64,000 nucleotides of DNA from a virus, in the IMG/VR virus record IMGVR_UViG_3300023440_000002, positions 44,382 through 108,381 of that record; one strand, 5' to 3'. Shown piece by piece: positions 43,417 through 52,507 of this stretch. Both the position numbers and the translations under genes were made by a program. The stretch's first letter is position 1, and each line of letters opens with the position of its first letter. The notes beneath the pieces were generated by a model. It did no database searches. It had not been told where the DNA came from and saw only the letters and a list, made by a program, of their open reading frames with translations.

Positions 43417-43959
43417 ATGGGTTTTGCTAATTTTTTAATAAATGGATCTTACACTAGCATCGAAAGGGTTGTGTATAGTAAAAATACAAAAAGTATATCT
43501 TTTAGTTTAGTTACGTACGCAGACAACACTAAAACAGCGCTAATTAAGGAAGATGCCTATACGTTTGAAAAAATGGAAGAATTTTTCTATGATGGGGAAG
43601 TTGTTAATGAAACTGACGTAGACATCCTACCTGACGGAGAATACCTATCTTTAACTGGAGGTGTTGGTTATTCTGGGTCTCCTCAAATATTTAAAAAAGG
43701 TGACCAGTTCCAACTTAAGCAGCAACCCTGCACTTACGGAACCGTTTATATTTCTAAGATAGATAATTCTAGAAAGATACTAGACGAAACAAACAAAATA
43801 TGGACGGAAGCGGACGAGAGAAATTCATTTTCACTTGGGGTTTTTAATAAATATTTTAGTTTATCAGATATGAACGGCCAAGGTCAAGATATTTACAGGC
43901 AAATATATTTATTTCTGAAAACACTGCCAGAGTTCGGCAATACGATCGACATATACTAA
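43417..43959 (+). CDS. tail fibre partner protein
   Basis: N- and C-termini (QIY..LKT...F...D) shared with 44742 and 45303. Confidence 0.55.
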   Translation: MGFANFLINGSYTSIERVVYSKNTKSISFSLVTYADNTKTALIKEDAYTFEKMEEFFYDGEVVNETDVDILPDGEYLSLTGGVGYSGSPQIFKKGDQFQLKQQPCTYGTVYISKIDNSRKILDETNKIWTEADERNSFSLGVFNKYFSLSDMNGQGQDIYRQIYLFLKTLPEFGNTIDIY

Positions 43960-43970
43960 CAGGTTTACTT

Positions 43971-44732
43971 ATGACTAAATGGAGCGACATATTTGTAAAG
44001 ACGGTACCTACAAGGGCCTATAACCCTCCAGTTGGTACTGTAGTGCAGTCCATACTGTCTCTAGCTCAATTCCAAGCTGAAATGGGAGACTTAAGCTGGG
44101 TATTGATGGATGGGTCTAATATCGCAGGATCTACATTATCTGGACTAACAGGAAATGTATTACTACCTGATGCTACAGGTAGATTCCTAAGAACAGCTGG
44201 GGGTGATGCTGCGGCCCTTGGTACAATTCAACCTCAAGCCACTGCGGTGAATGGACTAACTAACGAGCCCAGTGCTGTAACAGGAACAACTAGTATAAAT
44301 CACACCCATAGCCCTGTTACATCAGATCCAATCTCAGCTAACCACACCCACACAGCAACCCACAACCATCCAGCTCAAGGATCTACAGGGGTTTCAGCGA
44401 ATCACGTACACAATATTAGTGGTGGAAACTGGATGTTTCGCATTTCATTTACCACTTACGTCCAAACTGGAGGTACCGGATGGGATTTCAACACAGCAAC
44501 CCCAACAATGGGCGGTGTTACCTCTGATCACGGACACACAACTGACCTTCCTAATTTAGGAGTAACGACAGGTACAGTTTCATCTAATCATACACATCTC
44601 GTATCTATTCCGGCATTAAGTACGGCGGGAGTGGCTTTGTCTGGCGGATCAGCAGCCGCTCAAAACCAGACAGGTGACACAGAAACAAGACCAACAAACG
44701 TAACAGTTAATACGTTTATTAAAATTAATTAA
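43971..44732 (+). CDS. short tail fibre/collar protein (paralog of 42781)
   Basis: same motifs, extra HxH repeats. Confidence 0.8.
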   Translation: MTKWSDIFVKTVPTRAYNPPVGTVVQSILSLAQFQAEMGDLSWVLMDGSNIAGSTLSGLTGNVLLPDATGRFLRTAGGDAAALGTIQPQATAVNGLTNEPSAVTGTTSINHTHSPVTSDPISANHTHTATHNHPAQGSTGVSANHVHNISGGNWMFRISFTTYVQTGGTGWDFNTATPTMGGVTSDHGHTTDLPNLGVTTGTVSSNHTHLVSIPALSTAGVALSGGSAAAQNQTGDTETRPTNVTVNTFIKIN

Positions 44733-44741
44733 GAGGTTGAT

Positions 44742-45290
44742 ATGGCAATAGCTAACTACATAACAACAGGAACATACTCTACCGTAGAATTCGTTAATTT
44801 TTCGTCTGAATCTCAAACTTTGGCTTTTTTGTTAGTTGTTTACTCTGACAGCAGCAAAACAGACAAAATAGCCGAAAAAACTTTCGACTTTATGATGAAA
44901 GAAAAAAAAGAATCCCTGTTAGGAGTTGAGCAAACAACTCCACCGCAAAACCCTACCCCTGGAGATAAATATATCATAGCTTCAACAGGAGCTATTGGTG
45001 AGTGGGCCGATTACCCAAATAAAATAGCTACATGGAGGGAACACAGTGGAGGGTGTTGGACCTACGAACAACCTAGCGTCGGGACTATATATTACGACGA
45101 AATTACAACATCTTACGTAAAAATAACACAAAACGGATACATTACAAGGAATAACCTTCCAGACTCTAGGGTTTGGGAGTTGTTTTTTAATAAAAACGCA
45201 ATTTTTAACACCCCGGGGAATAATTTGCATACCCAAATCTACAAACTGTTAAAAACCCAAAAAGGGTTTGAACTTACAGTTGACACATAG
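44742..45290 (+). CDS. DUF2793-like tail-associated protein
   Basis: TTPP..P..GD.YIIA..GA.GEWA...IA.W. Confidence 0.6.
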   Translation: MAIANYITTGTYSTVEFVNFSSESQTLAFLLVVYSDSSKTDKIAEKTFDFMMKEKKESLLGVEQTTPPQNPTPGDKYIIASTGAIGEWADYPNKIATWREHSGGCWTYEQPSVGTIYYDEITTSYVKITQNGYITRNNLPDSRVWELFFNKNAIFNTPGNNLHTQIYKLLKTQKGFELTVDT

Positions 45291-45302
45291 AGAGGAAGTA
45301 CG

Positions 45303-45860
45303 ATGGCATTGGCTGACTATATAGGAACAGGAACATATTCTATGGTGGATCACATAGGGTTTAATGAAAAAATCAAACACGTTAAATTTCAACTAAATGT
45401 CTTTGCGGATAACACCAAAGAGGATAAGATAGCCGAAAAGTTTTTTGATTTCGTTATGGATACACCAAAAGAATCTGTAATTAATATTGAACAAACCACC
45501 CCTCCGATAACGCCAAATACAGGAGATAGATATATCGTAGCTTCAACAGGAGCTACTGGTGAGTGGGCTGACTATCCAGGCCAGTTAATGACGTGGGATT
45601 TTGATGGTTCGGGTGAGTGGATGAGCATGAAATTGCAAAAAGACTTAGTTTTGTTTAACGAAACATCAAACTCCTACATAAAAGTGATAGATGATAGTGG
45701 TACTTACACACCTTACATAGAGAATGAATGCTCTAGAATCTGGGATTCTTATTTCACTAAAACATTAGTTTTTAACACTCCAGGTAATAACTTGCACACT
45801 CAAATCTACAAGCTACTAAAAACCCAAAAAGGGTTTGAATTTACATCTGATGTTTTTTGA
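45303..45860 (+). CDS. DUF2793-like tail-associated protein (paralog)
   Basis: same motif; near-identical C-terminus to 44742. Confidence 0.6.
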   Translation: MALADYIGTGTYSMVDHIGFNEKIKHVKFQLNVFADNTKEDKIAEKFFDFVMDTPKESVINIEQTTPPITPNTGDRYIVASTGATGEWADYPGQLMTWDFDGSGEWMSMKLQKDLVLFNETSNSYIKVIDDSGTYTPYIENECSRIWDSYFTKTLVFNTPGNNLHTQIYKLLKTQKGFEFTSDVF

Positions 45861-46059
45861 TCGGTGTGTTTTTTGAGTTTATTTTATGAAACTCAGAATC
45901 TAATTTGAATGTGTACTTAGACCATTTAGGGATAGAAATCATTGATAGATCAACGAAAAACAAATCCATTCTATCTAGTTTTGGGTCTAATCTGTGACCT
46001 GTTATTTTACTTTTCTTCCAAAAAAACACTTTCTTGTATTTAATAGTGTACTCGTCCAT
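45841..46059 (-). CDS. hypothetical protein (paralog of 37587..37823)
   Basis: YTIKYKKVFFW...GH...DRMDL; TGCTATAAT upstream at 46089-46097. Confidence 0.6.
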   Translation of the reverse strand: MDEYTIKYKKVFFWKKSKITGHRLDPKLDRMDLFFVDLSMISIPKWSKYTFKLDSEFHKINSKNTPIKKHQM

Positions 46060-46136
46060 AATTTACCCCCTAATAAGTCTACCTTACTATTATAGCACAA
46101 AAAACCTAATGTTTAACAACAAAAAGGGAACGAACT

Positions 46137-46901
46137 GTGAATATTTTTAAAATAATAATGAGCTTCTTCAAAAAGAAAAATAAACAAAAAACACTAGAAA
46201 GAAAAGTGCAGGAAAGGCGCATACTTGAACCACCAAAGCCGATTAATTCGGCACATCACGAACCAGAAATAAAAAACCAACCAAAAAGACAAGAAGATAT
46301 TTCTTGGGTTTACCCTAACAATCACAAGTACGTAGTTGACCCTGATGGTGGAAAGAAGTTACTTAAAACAAAAGGAAATAAGCCGATAGGTGTAGTTATT
46401 CATCACACAGCAACCTATAACTTAAAATCAACTGTTAACTACTTTAAAAGAAACGCCGTTGATGTTCAGTTTGTCTTAGGTCACGACGGAAAAATAGTGC
46501 AAATGGTGCAATGCAACAGAAATGCGGCACATGCCGGAAAATCAGAATGGAATGGAAAGAAATGGTTGAATAATTATTATGTAGGTATCGAAGTGATAAA
46601 TATCGGATGGCTAAACAAAAAAGGCGACAAATACATAGATGGGTACAAGAGGGAATGGAAAGGTGCTGTCAGGGAACGTAAAGCAGAAGGTTACAGGTAT
46701 TGGGAGCCATTCACAAAAAACCAAGAGAAGGCACTTAAAGAGCTTTGTGTGTGGTTAGTTAAGGAGTACGACATACCAATAGAAAACATAGCAGCTCACT
46801 ATGAAGTGTCGCCAGGTCGCAAAAACGACCCGGCCGGAGGATTATCTATATCGATGGATCAATTCCGAAGTCTGGTACAGAGGTCGGTATCTCAGAACTA
46901 A
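46137..46901 (+). CDS. N-acetylmuramoyl-L-alanine amidase (Amidase_2) endolysin
   Basis: VVIHHTA, HAG.S.W, GIEV, HYEVSPGRKNDP. Confidence 0.88.
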   Translation: MNIFKIIMSFFKKKNKQKTLERKVQERRILEPPKPINSAHHEPEIKNQPKRQEDISWVYPNNHKYVVDPDGGKKLLKTKGNKPIGVVIHHTATYNLKSTVNYFKRNAVDVQFVLGHDGKIVQMVQCNRNAAHAGKSEWNGKKWLNNYYVGIEVINIGWLNKKGDKYIDGYKREWKGAVRERKAEGYRYWEPFTKNQEKALKELCVWLVKEYDIPIENIAAHYEVSPGRKNDPAGGLSISMDQFRSLVQRSVSQN

Positions 46902-47100
46902 TTCTATCAACAGACCTGTCGAGATCTTGCATTGCGGCCTTCAGTTCCTTGAAACTAACCTTGACTTTCATGTAGTCCATCAAGGTTAATGTCGGATCTC
47001 TCTCGTTCAGGTTTTTATTTAAAACATAAAGTTCGGTGTTTAATCTAGATGTTATCTCAAACACCGAGCCGAACTCAGAAATAAGACTTAACATTGGCAT
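46846..47100 (-). CDS. hypothetical protein
   Basis: TAATG coupling to upstream gene. Confidence 0.45.
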   Translation of the reverse strand: MPMLSLISEFGSVFEITSRLNTELYVLNKNLNERDPTLTLMDYMKVKVSFKELKAAMQDLDRSVDRISSEIPTSVPDFGIDPSI

Positions 47101-47819
47101 TAAAGCCTACTCCTTTCCATAAGATAAACAAATTCTTCAACTTCATTATTAAAGGCTGACAATGTTCCTTTATTATCAACTTGGAAATCCATAGAATAGT
47201 CATCTAAATCTCTTTCTGATGGGTCAGAGCTTGGGGATTTTGAAAACCTGTTTATTCTACAAGTAACTAAGTTTTCGCCGAAAGCGTAACTTAATTGTCC
47301 AACCTCGCTTTGATATCGCATATCAGTTATTACAAATTTAGCTAAAGGGTCTTCTTTTGTTTTTTTATCTATCTGAGAAACAACCTGTTCCACCCAATAC
47401 TCCGAAGATACAGATCTTTTCACTGACCCTTCCAAGATACACAAAGCTCTAGGTGTCCAAAAAACTGGAGCATAACGAACAAACACCCCCTTATTGTCTA
47501 AAATTAACCCTCTTGTTCCGTCGTCAGTGTTTTCTATTTTGGTTGGAATCTCGCCCGAACTAGACCTAAACTCCTTAATCATAAAATTATGAAGCATTAA
47601 AGTGAAGTTGTCCTCACTCTCAACAGGGAACTGAAAAAGAGGGGCCTCTTTAGTTTCTGGTGTATGGCAAACACTAACTGGAATCCCGTACTGTTTCGCC
47701 ACCATCTCTTTTAGCACATCAGCAAAAGAAAATCTGATGTATTTATGGTCTTTGATGAGCGTTTCGGCTAAGGTGTCTTTTCCAGACCCTTTCCATCCAG
47801 ATAAAGCAAGAACTATCAT
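47100..47819 (-). CDS. deoxynucleoside monophosphate kinase
   Basis: SGWKGSGKDT P-loop, SFADVLKE, ITDMRY..E, SE..LD. Confidence 0.85.
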   Translation of the reverse strand: MIVLALSGWKGSGKDTLAETLIKDHKYIRFSFADVLKEMVAKQYGIPVSVCHTPETKEAPLFQFPVESEDNFTLMLHNFMIKEFRSSSGEIPTKIENTDDGTRGLILDNKGVFVRYAPVFWTPRALCILEGSVKRSVSSEYWVEQVVSQIDKKTKEDPLAKFVITDMRYQSEVGQLSYAFGENLVTCRINRFSKSPSSDPSERDLDDYSMDFQVDNKGTLSAFNNEVEEFVYLMERSRL

Positions 47820-48562
47820 TCAACATCTCCTTCAATAAAGTTTATTATGTCATTAGAGGTAACAGCTGTGCCCCAACCTCTTTTATCCATAGACTTAATT
47901 ACACCAACTACATCGCCCATAATATTAAAAACAGGACTTCCTGAGTTGCCTAGTCGTATATCTATGTCAGTTTTTATCGTGTCGTAAAAAAAACTGCACG
48001 AACCATCACTATAAACAGCCGACAATTTTTCTTTTTTGCATTCACCTGTAGATGTGTCGTAATGGGTTGTGCCCCATCCTCCATTCACACCTATAAGGTA
48101 CCCTTTACTTAACTTAAGTCCGTAACCTAATGGGTAACCTAAGACGTATAAAGGGGCCCTATAAAAGACTTCTACAGATCTAGATAAAGTAACCGGATTT
48201 GCACCTTCAACTGAACTAAGAAGGCATAAATCTCTTGTTTTATGCATTTTAATAATACGAATGTTCTGTTTTTTTATGTTAATTGTTAAGGCGGAAATAT
48301 CCTTATTTTTTGAGCAAAAGTGATAGTTAGTTAATATGAAGCTTTCACCTTTAGAGTTTTCAACAAAAAAACCTGTCGCATTACGTTCTGGCGAATCTAG
48401 GTATACCACCTTTTTTATATTATTGTTAATTAGCAATGACTCTTGTATAGGAGCAGATAGCAACCCAACAGAAACCAACAAGAAGAGAAGAACTAATACA
48501 TTCACAACACGAACAGTAAAAAGCATCAAATTGCGATATAAAAAATCTAAAAACTTAAACAT
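47816..48562 (-). CDS. membrane-anchored trypsin-like (S1) serine protease
   Basis: TNYH, RDLCLL, GNSGSPV triad motifs; N-terminal TM. Confidence 0.85.
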   Translation of the reverse strand: MFKFLDFLYRNLMLFTVRVVNVLVLLFLLVSVGLLSAPIQESLLINNNIKKVVYLDSPERNATGFFVENSKGESFILTNYHFCSKNKDISALTINIKKQNIRIIKMHKTRDLCLLSSVEGANPVTLSRSVEVFYRAPLYVLGYPLGYGLKLSKGYLIGVNGGWGTTHYDTSTGECKKEKLSAVYSDGSCSFFYDTIKTDIDIRLGNSGSPVFNIMGDVVGVIKSMDKRGWGTAVTSNDIINFIEGDVE

Positions 48563-48571
48563 AATTAACTC

Positions 48572-49135
48572 CTAAAAAGTAAAACCGACGCTAACTCCGA
48601 ATTCGCCGGAAGATATGCCATACCCTCCGACCGACACGGGCCCTAAAAATTGATAAGTTGCATGAACCCCATAGGTTAGCTGGTATTTGCCCGTAAAATC
48701 AAAAGGGTCTTTAGATTGAGTTAAAGCTGAGGTTCCGACCAACACAGAAACTTGCACTTTTTTCGTGTTGTATTTAGTTGTTTTTTCGACTTCCTTAATA
48801 GTGGTCTTTTCTTTTACATTAGATAGATCTGTAGCTTCTTTTTCTGTGGAGTCTGCAAAAGTAACATCCTCCTCTGACTCTATCTTCTCTTCCACTATAG
48901 TTCCGTCAGGTTTTGTTATTTTCTTGGTAATCACATGCTTCTTTTTTGCTGTTTTTTTGATTTCCTGTTTAATGAAAACCTTTTTCTCTACGGTAACTAT
49001 TCGTTCAACTTCGATGTTTTTGGTTTTAATTACCACCTTTTCTGGTGTGGCATACCTACCAAAACCTACACCTATAATTAAAGACAGAACAACCGCAATA
49101 ATCATAGATCGATTCTTTTTTAGTATTTCTTTCAT
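48572..49135 (-). CDS. membrane-anchored protein (possible lysis/spanin-related)
   Basis: N-terminal TM, K/E/V/T-rich linker, C-terminal beta strands ending in Phe. Confidence 0.4.
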   Translation of the reverse strand: MKEILKKNRSMIIAVVLSLIIGVGFGRYATPEKVVIKTKNIEVERIVTVEKKVFIKQEIKKTAKKKHVITKKITKPDGTIVEEKIESEEDVTFADSTEKEATDLSNVKEKTTIKEVEKTTKYNTKKVQVSVLVGTSALTQSKDPFDFTGKYQLTYGVHATYQFLGPVSVGGYGISSGEFGVSVGFTF

Positions 49136-49147
49136 AGTTAAACCTTT

Positions 49148-49753
49148 TTATTTAGTTGAGTACAATTCAAATAAGGACTTTGTAATTCTATCTTCAGGCT
49201 TAACACCTAAAGGCGATAATTTGCTTTCCCAGTAAACGATCTCATCAAAAGCTGCTTTTTCGTCAGTCCAAGGAAACTCTTCATTAGCTTCGATTTCTAT
49301 AAAAGTATCCAGCATTGCACCTTCTATGTCGAATGTTGTATATCTAGAAAAAACCACCCTATCTAACCAGTAAACTTGAACATCTTTTCTTATAGAAAAA
49401 TCATGCTCAAGTCCATGCATCAACGAAAAAGCCGAAGCTTTATCGAAACTCATATCTTTCGAAACTAAAGGGATGTTAATTTCTTCCCTTATGTTGTTGT
49501 CATGAGAATTGGTTTTGATTTTAGATGTCAACTCCCAAAGGTCGCCACTATTGTTATCTTGACCTTGCCTCCACCTCATAAACCTAGAGGTTTTTTTATC
49601 TGAGAAGTAATAATCTATCGGGGCTTGACCTTGACTTGGATATGCAGGTCTTTCAATACTTGAGTTAGGAAGGAACCCTTCGATTAGTTCACAAAAAGCA
49701 TTTTTAGATATTCTTAGTCCGTAATACTTAAACTCCACCTCTTTAAATTTCAT
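49148..49753 (-). CDS. CYTH-domain protein (triphosphate tunnel metalloenzyme)
   Basis: EVEFK, DYYF, RWR, LTSK, REE, FIEIE. Confidence 0.8.
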   Translation of the reverse strand: MKFKEVEFKYYGLRISKNAFCELIEGFLPNSSIERPAYPSQGQAPIDYYFSDKKTSRFMRWRQGQDNNSGDLWELTSKIKTNSHDNNIREEINIPLVSKDMSFDKASAFSLMHGLEHDFSIRKDVQVYWLDRVVFSRYTTFDIEGAMLDTFIEIEANEEFPWTDEKAAFDEIVYWESKLSPLGVKPEDRITKSLFELYSTK

Positions 49754-49817
49754 AACAACCCTTTCCAATTGAATGTGACTACCACAGACGAAAGATTAAG
49801 GCAGGAATACTCAAAAG

Positions 49818-50837
49818 TCAAGTATTAATCTTACCATCTGATGGTACCTCAACCCCAAATTTCATTTTAATTAATTTCATCTCTATTATCGGTATATTAT
49901 TAATAGCGAAACCGACTTTAGAAAGCAACTCTTTGGATAAAAAACTGGATTCTGGGGATGGGGCGTCAGATTTAACGAAATCTTGAAGTGTGAGTTCGGT
50001 GTCGCCTGTTTTCTGATCTAAACTTGCAACTCCGGACGACGCAGACATAATACTTCTTAATCGATAAAGTGAGACGTTCTTGAACGACTCTCTAACATAA
50101 TTCAATATATCTTCAGGTTCGGTAAGCTTAGCTTTAATTCGTGCATTGTTAGCTCGATATAGGATTCTTTTTTCTACGGGTGACAGTTTCAGCATAGTAG
50201 AACTCGAGTCTGTTATCATATTTAGCGTCATTCGGCCTATAGCGGTAGACCTAAAAACCGCCTTATAGGGAGGTACGAATTTATCTATAGCTGTCATTAA
50301 TCCTTCATTTGCGTCTTGTATGAAGTCCATATAATCTAAACTGGAATTTGGAGACTTTGACCAAAAAATCTTAGCCCTGTTGATAGCTAAAGGGATATTA
50401 TTTTCACATAAAACTTTTCTTAGTTTAATGATATCATCAAAAATACTCAACAATTCTTCTTTGTTTTTTCCTTCATATTTCGAACAAACCCACTTAGCGA
50501 AACTGTAATTAATTGAAAATTTATATAGAACCCAATAATTATTGTTTTTAAAGCATTTAGATATCTTGCTAGAAAAAACAGCCTGCCTCTCTCTAAAGTA
50601 AACTCGAGCTGATAGGATATTGCCTTTTTCTTCCACAATAAAATTAACAAACTCTTTATATATTAATCTACCTTTAGGGGAAGAAATTAATAGATTTTTA
50701 AATTTATTCTCAAGGTCGAACAGGTCTTCTAATAGTTTTTGCTGACCTCTTCCATCTTCTTTGGAGTTGTCAGCTAGAACGCCGTTCATTGCGGAAATAA
50801 ATTCCTTAAAAACATCTTTATCCATAAAATTAACCAA
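49818..50837 (-). CDS. phage sigma-70-family RNA polymerase sigma factor
   Basis: NIPLAINRAK, DFIQDANEGLMTAIDKF, FRSTA (region 2), SLD (3.2). Confidence 0.85.
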   Translation of the reverse strand: MVNFMDKDVFKEFISAMNGVLADNSKEDGRGQQKLLEDLFDLENKFKNLLISSPKGRLIYKEFVNFIVEEKGNILSARVYFRERQAVFSSKISKCFKNNNYWVLYKFSINYSFAKWVCSKYEGKNKEELLSIFDDIIKLRKVLCENNIPLAINRAKIFWSKSPNSSLDYMDFIQDANEGLMTAIDKFVPPYKAVFRSTAIGRMTLNMITDSSSTMLKLSPVEKRILYRANNARIKAKLTEPEDILNYVRESFKNVSLYRLRSIMSASSGVASLDQKTGDTELTLQDFVKSDAPSPESSFLSKELLSKVGFAINNIPIIEMKLIKMKFGVEVPSDGKINT

Positions 50838-52293
50838 TTATATCCACAGAATAGTCTGTTAATGTAGAGTAGATTCCAGCTCGGCTATCTGCATGGCGCT
50901 CTAAAATAGGAGATCCTTCTATTTTAAAATCACAAACCCACAAATCCTCATGAGCTACAGGTCTGGTACCTCTCCCGATCCCTTGTTTTACTTTTATTTC
51001 AGATAAACCACCTTGAAGATAAATCACACACCCGGTAGGTTTAATATCTACGCCGGTAGAAATAGCTGTGGTTCCGATAATACAAGGAAGATCCCCGCTA
51101 TTGAACTCATCGACAATATCAGCAATATCACACTTCCAGTACTCTTCAGGTAGCACTTTTTTTGTTTCTTTTGTGACAGTCCCATGGGCGAATTTATAGG
51201 CAATTTTCATATGATTCTTAAGTAGAACGAATTGACTATATTCTTCAATTAAAATAACAACTTGACGCCCAGACAACCTGTAAGCTTTCTCTGCCAGCAT
51301 AGCGGCAAGTCTGATTGCGTTCGGATTTTCGTATAAATTAACCCTGGTTTCTTTTTTTGGATCTTGATGTGATTTCCTCGAAGGGGCACATTTAAACACC
51401 CTGGCTTTTATTTTTTTTAGATATTTACTTTCAGCTAATTCTTTATATTCTTTTCTGTAAACCACCGGACCTGTAACGCCCTCTAACAGCAAAGCTGAGC
51501 CGTCCGTTCTAGTTTGGGTAGCCGAGACAAAGAATCTTAGCTGGGCGGCACTGGCGACCCCATTAAGGCATATCTTCTTGAATGATTCGGAAGGTACCAC
51601 GTGAGATTCGTCAAAAATTACCATTTCAACCTTAGATAGAATATCCCACTCTTTAGTTCCTGGTTTTATCTTCGTAGCTGACTGAGCATTAGCAACAGTA
51701 AACAACTTGTCGATCTTTTTTCTTCCGTCGCCTAGCTGACCCACACTAGCAACACCAAAAGCAGACTCCAGGTCGCAACGTAACTGTTTAGTTATATTAG
51801 TAAAAGGTGTAACTATTAATGTCTTGACTGGGTATTTTTTTAATAAATTAACAATAACTAAAGATTTTCCGGAACCTGTGGGTAATTCTATAGCTCCATG
51901 ACCAATACCAACCAAAGCATCGAAAGCTTCTTTCTGGTACGGTCTCATAGTAAAAGGTTTTTTCTTCCAGGGGATTAAATCATCGTAACAAGTTGAAGGT
52001 AGCTCTCTTTGTACTTTCCATCCAAATTTTTCGGTTATTCTTTTAGCTAAACCAGAATAAGTCCAAGGAACCCCGTCGTCGTCATGATTCAGTAAACATT
52101 TTTTCTGAAGAGCTTTGAGTTCATCAACCTTAGCAAGAAACGAAACGGGGTCGTTTCTTCGAAAATAGACATTCTGCTTTAGTCGAGCTAGTTGGAAACC
52201 GACAGCCTTATCTGTGTAAGTAAGGAAATCCGTTATCTCTTTCGAGTCGGTTGGTAAAATAAGTTTTGTTGTTGTTACGAGTCTCATCTTCAT
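50830..52293 (-). CDS. superfamily 2 DNA helicase (UvsW-like)
   Basis: RPYQ, PTGSGKS, DESH, SAT, QGIGRGTR; start moved to MKMRL. Confidence 0.9.
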   Translation of the reverse strand: MKMRLVTTTKLILPTDSKEITDFLTYTDKAVGFQLARLKQNVYFRRNDPVSFLAKVDELKALQKKCLLNHDDDGVPWTYSGLAKRITEKFGWKVQRELPSTCYDDLIPWKKKPFTMRPYQKEAFDALVGIGHGAIELPTGSGKSLVIVNLLKKYPVKTLIVTPFTNITKQLRCDLESAFGVASVGQLGDGRKKIDKLFTVANAQSATKIKPGTKEWDILSKVEMVIFDESHVVPSESFKKICLNGVASAAQLRFFVSATQTRTDGSALLLEGVTGPVVYRKEYKELAESKYLKKIKARVFKCAPSRKSHQDPKKETRVNLYENPNAIRLAAMLAEKAYRLSGRQVVILIEEYSQFVLLKNHMKIAYKFAHGTVTKETKKVLPEEYWKCDIADIVDEFNSGDLPCIIGTTAISTGVDIKPTGCVIYLQGGLSEIKVKQGIGRGTRPVAHEDLWVCDFKIEGSPILERHADSRAGIYSTLTDYSVDIIG

Positions 52294-52299
52294 ATCTTT

Positions 52300-52449
52300 A
52301 TTGTAGCATAAAAGCACATAATTCTTGTTTTTTTCTGAGATGAGGCATAAGAACAATTTAATACAATGAATATTATATAATATATACTAGGAGATTACTT
52401 ATGCCTCATTTCAGAAAAATGAAAAAAAAAGTGCTTTATATGCTATAAT
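52300..52449. promoter_or_regulatory. divergent extended -10 promoters
   Basis: TGCTACAAT on - (52300-52308) and TGCTATAAT on + (52441-52449). Confidence 0.6.
52330..52419. repeat. 22-bp inverted repeat around 46-bp AT-rich spacer; candidate replication origin
   Basis: TTTTTCTGAGATGAGGCATAAG (52330-52351) / CTTATGCCTCATTTCAGAAAAA (52398-52419), 1 mismatch; spacer has 7 G+C in 46. Confidence 0.75.
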
Positions 52450-52507
52450 AAATATGAGAAATTAATTTAGTTTATTTTTATTGTAACTCCCTCAGAAAAG
52501 GAAAAAG

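Noticed and set aside
52294-52356. N-terminal extension of helicase ORF (MFLCLISEK...)
   Set aside because: It runs through the promoter and inverted repeat; the real start is more plausibly 52293 or 52287.
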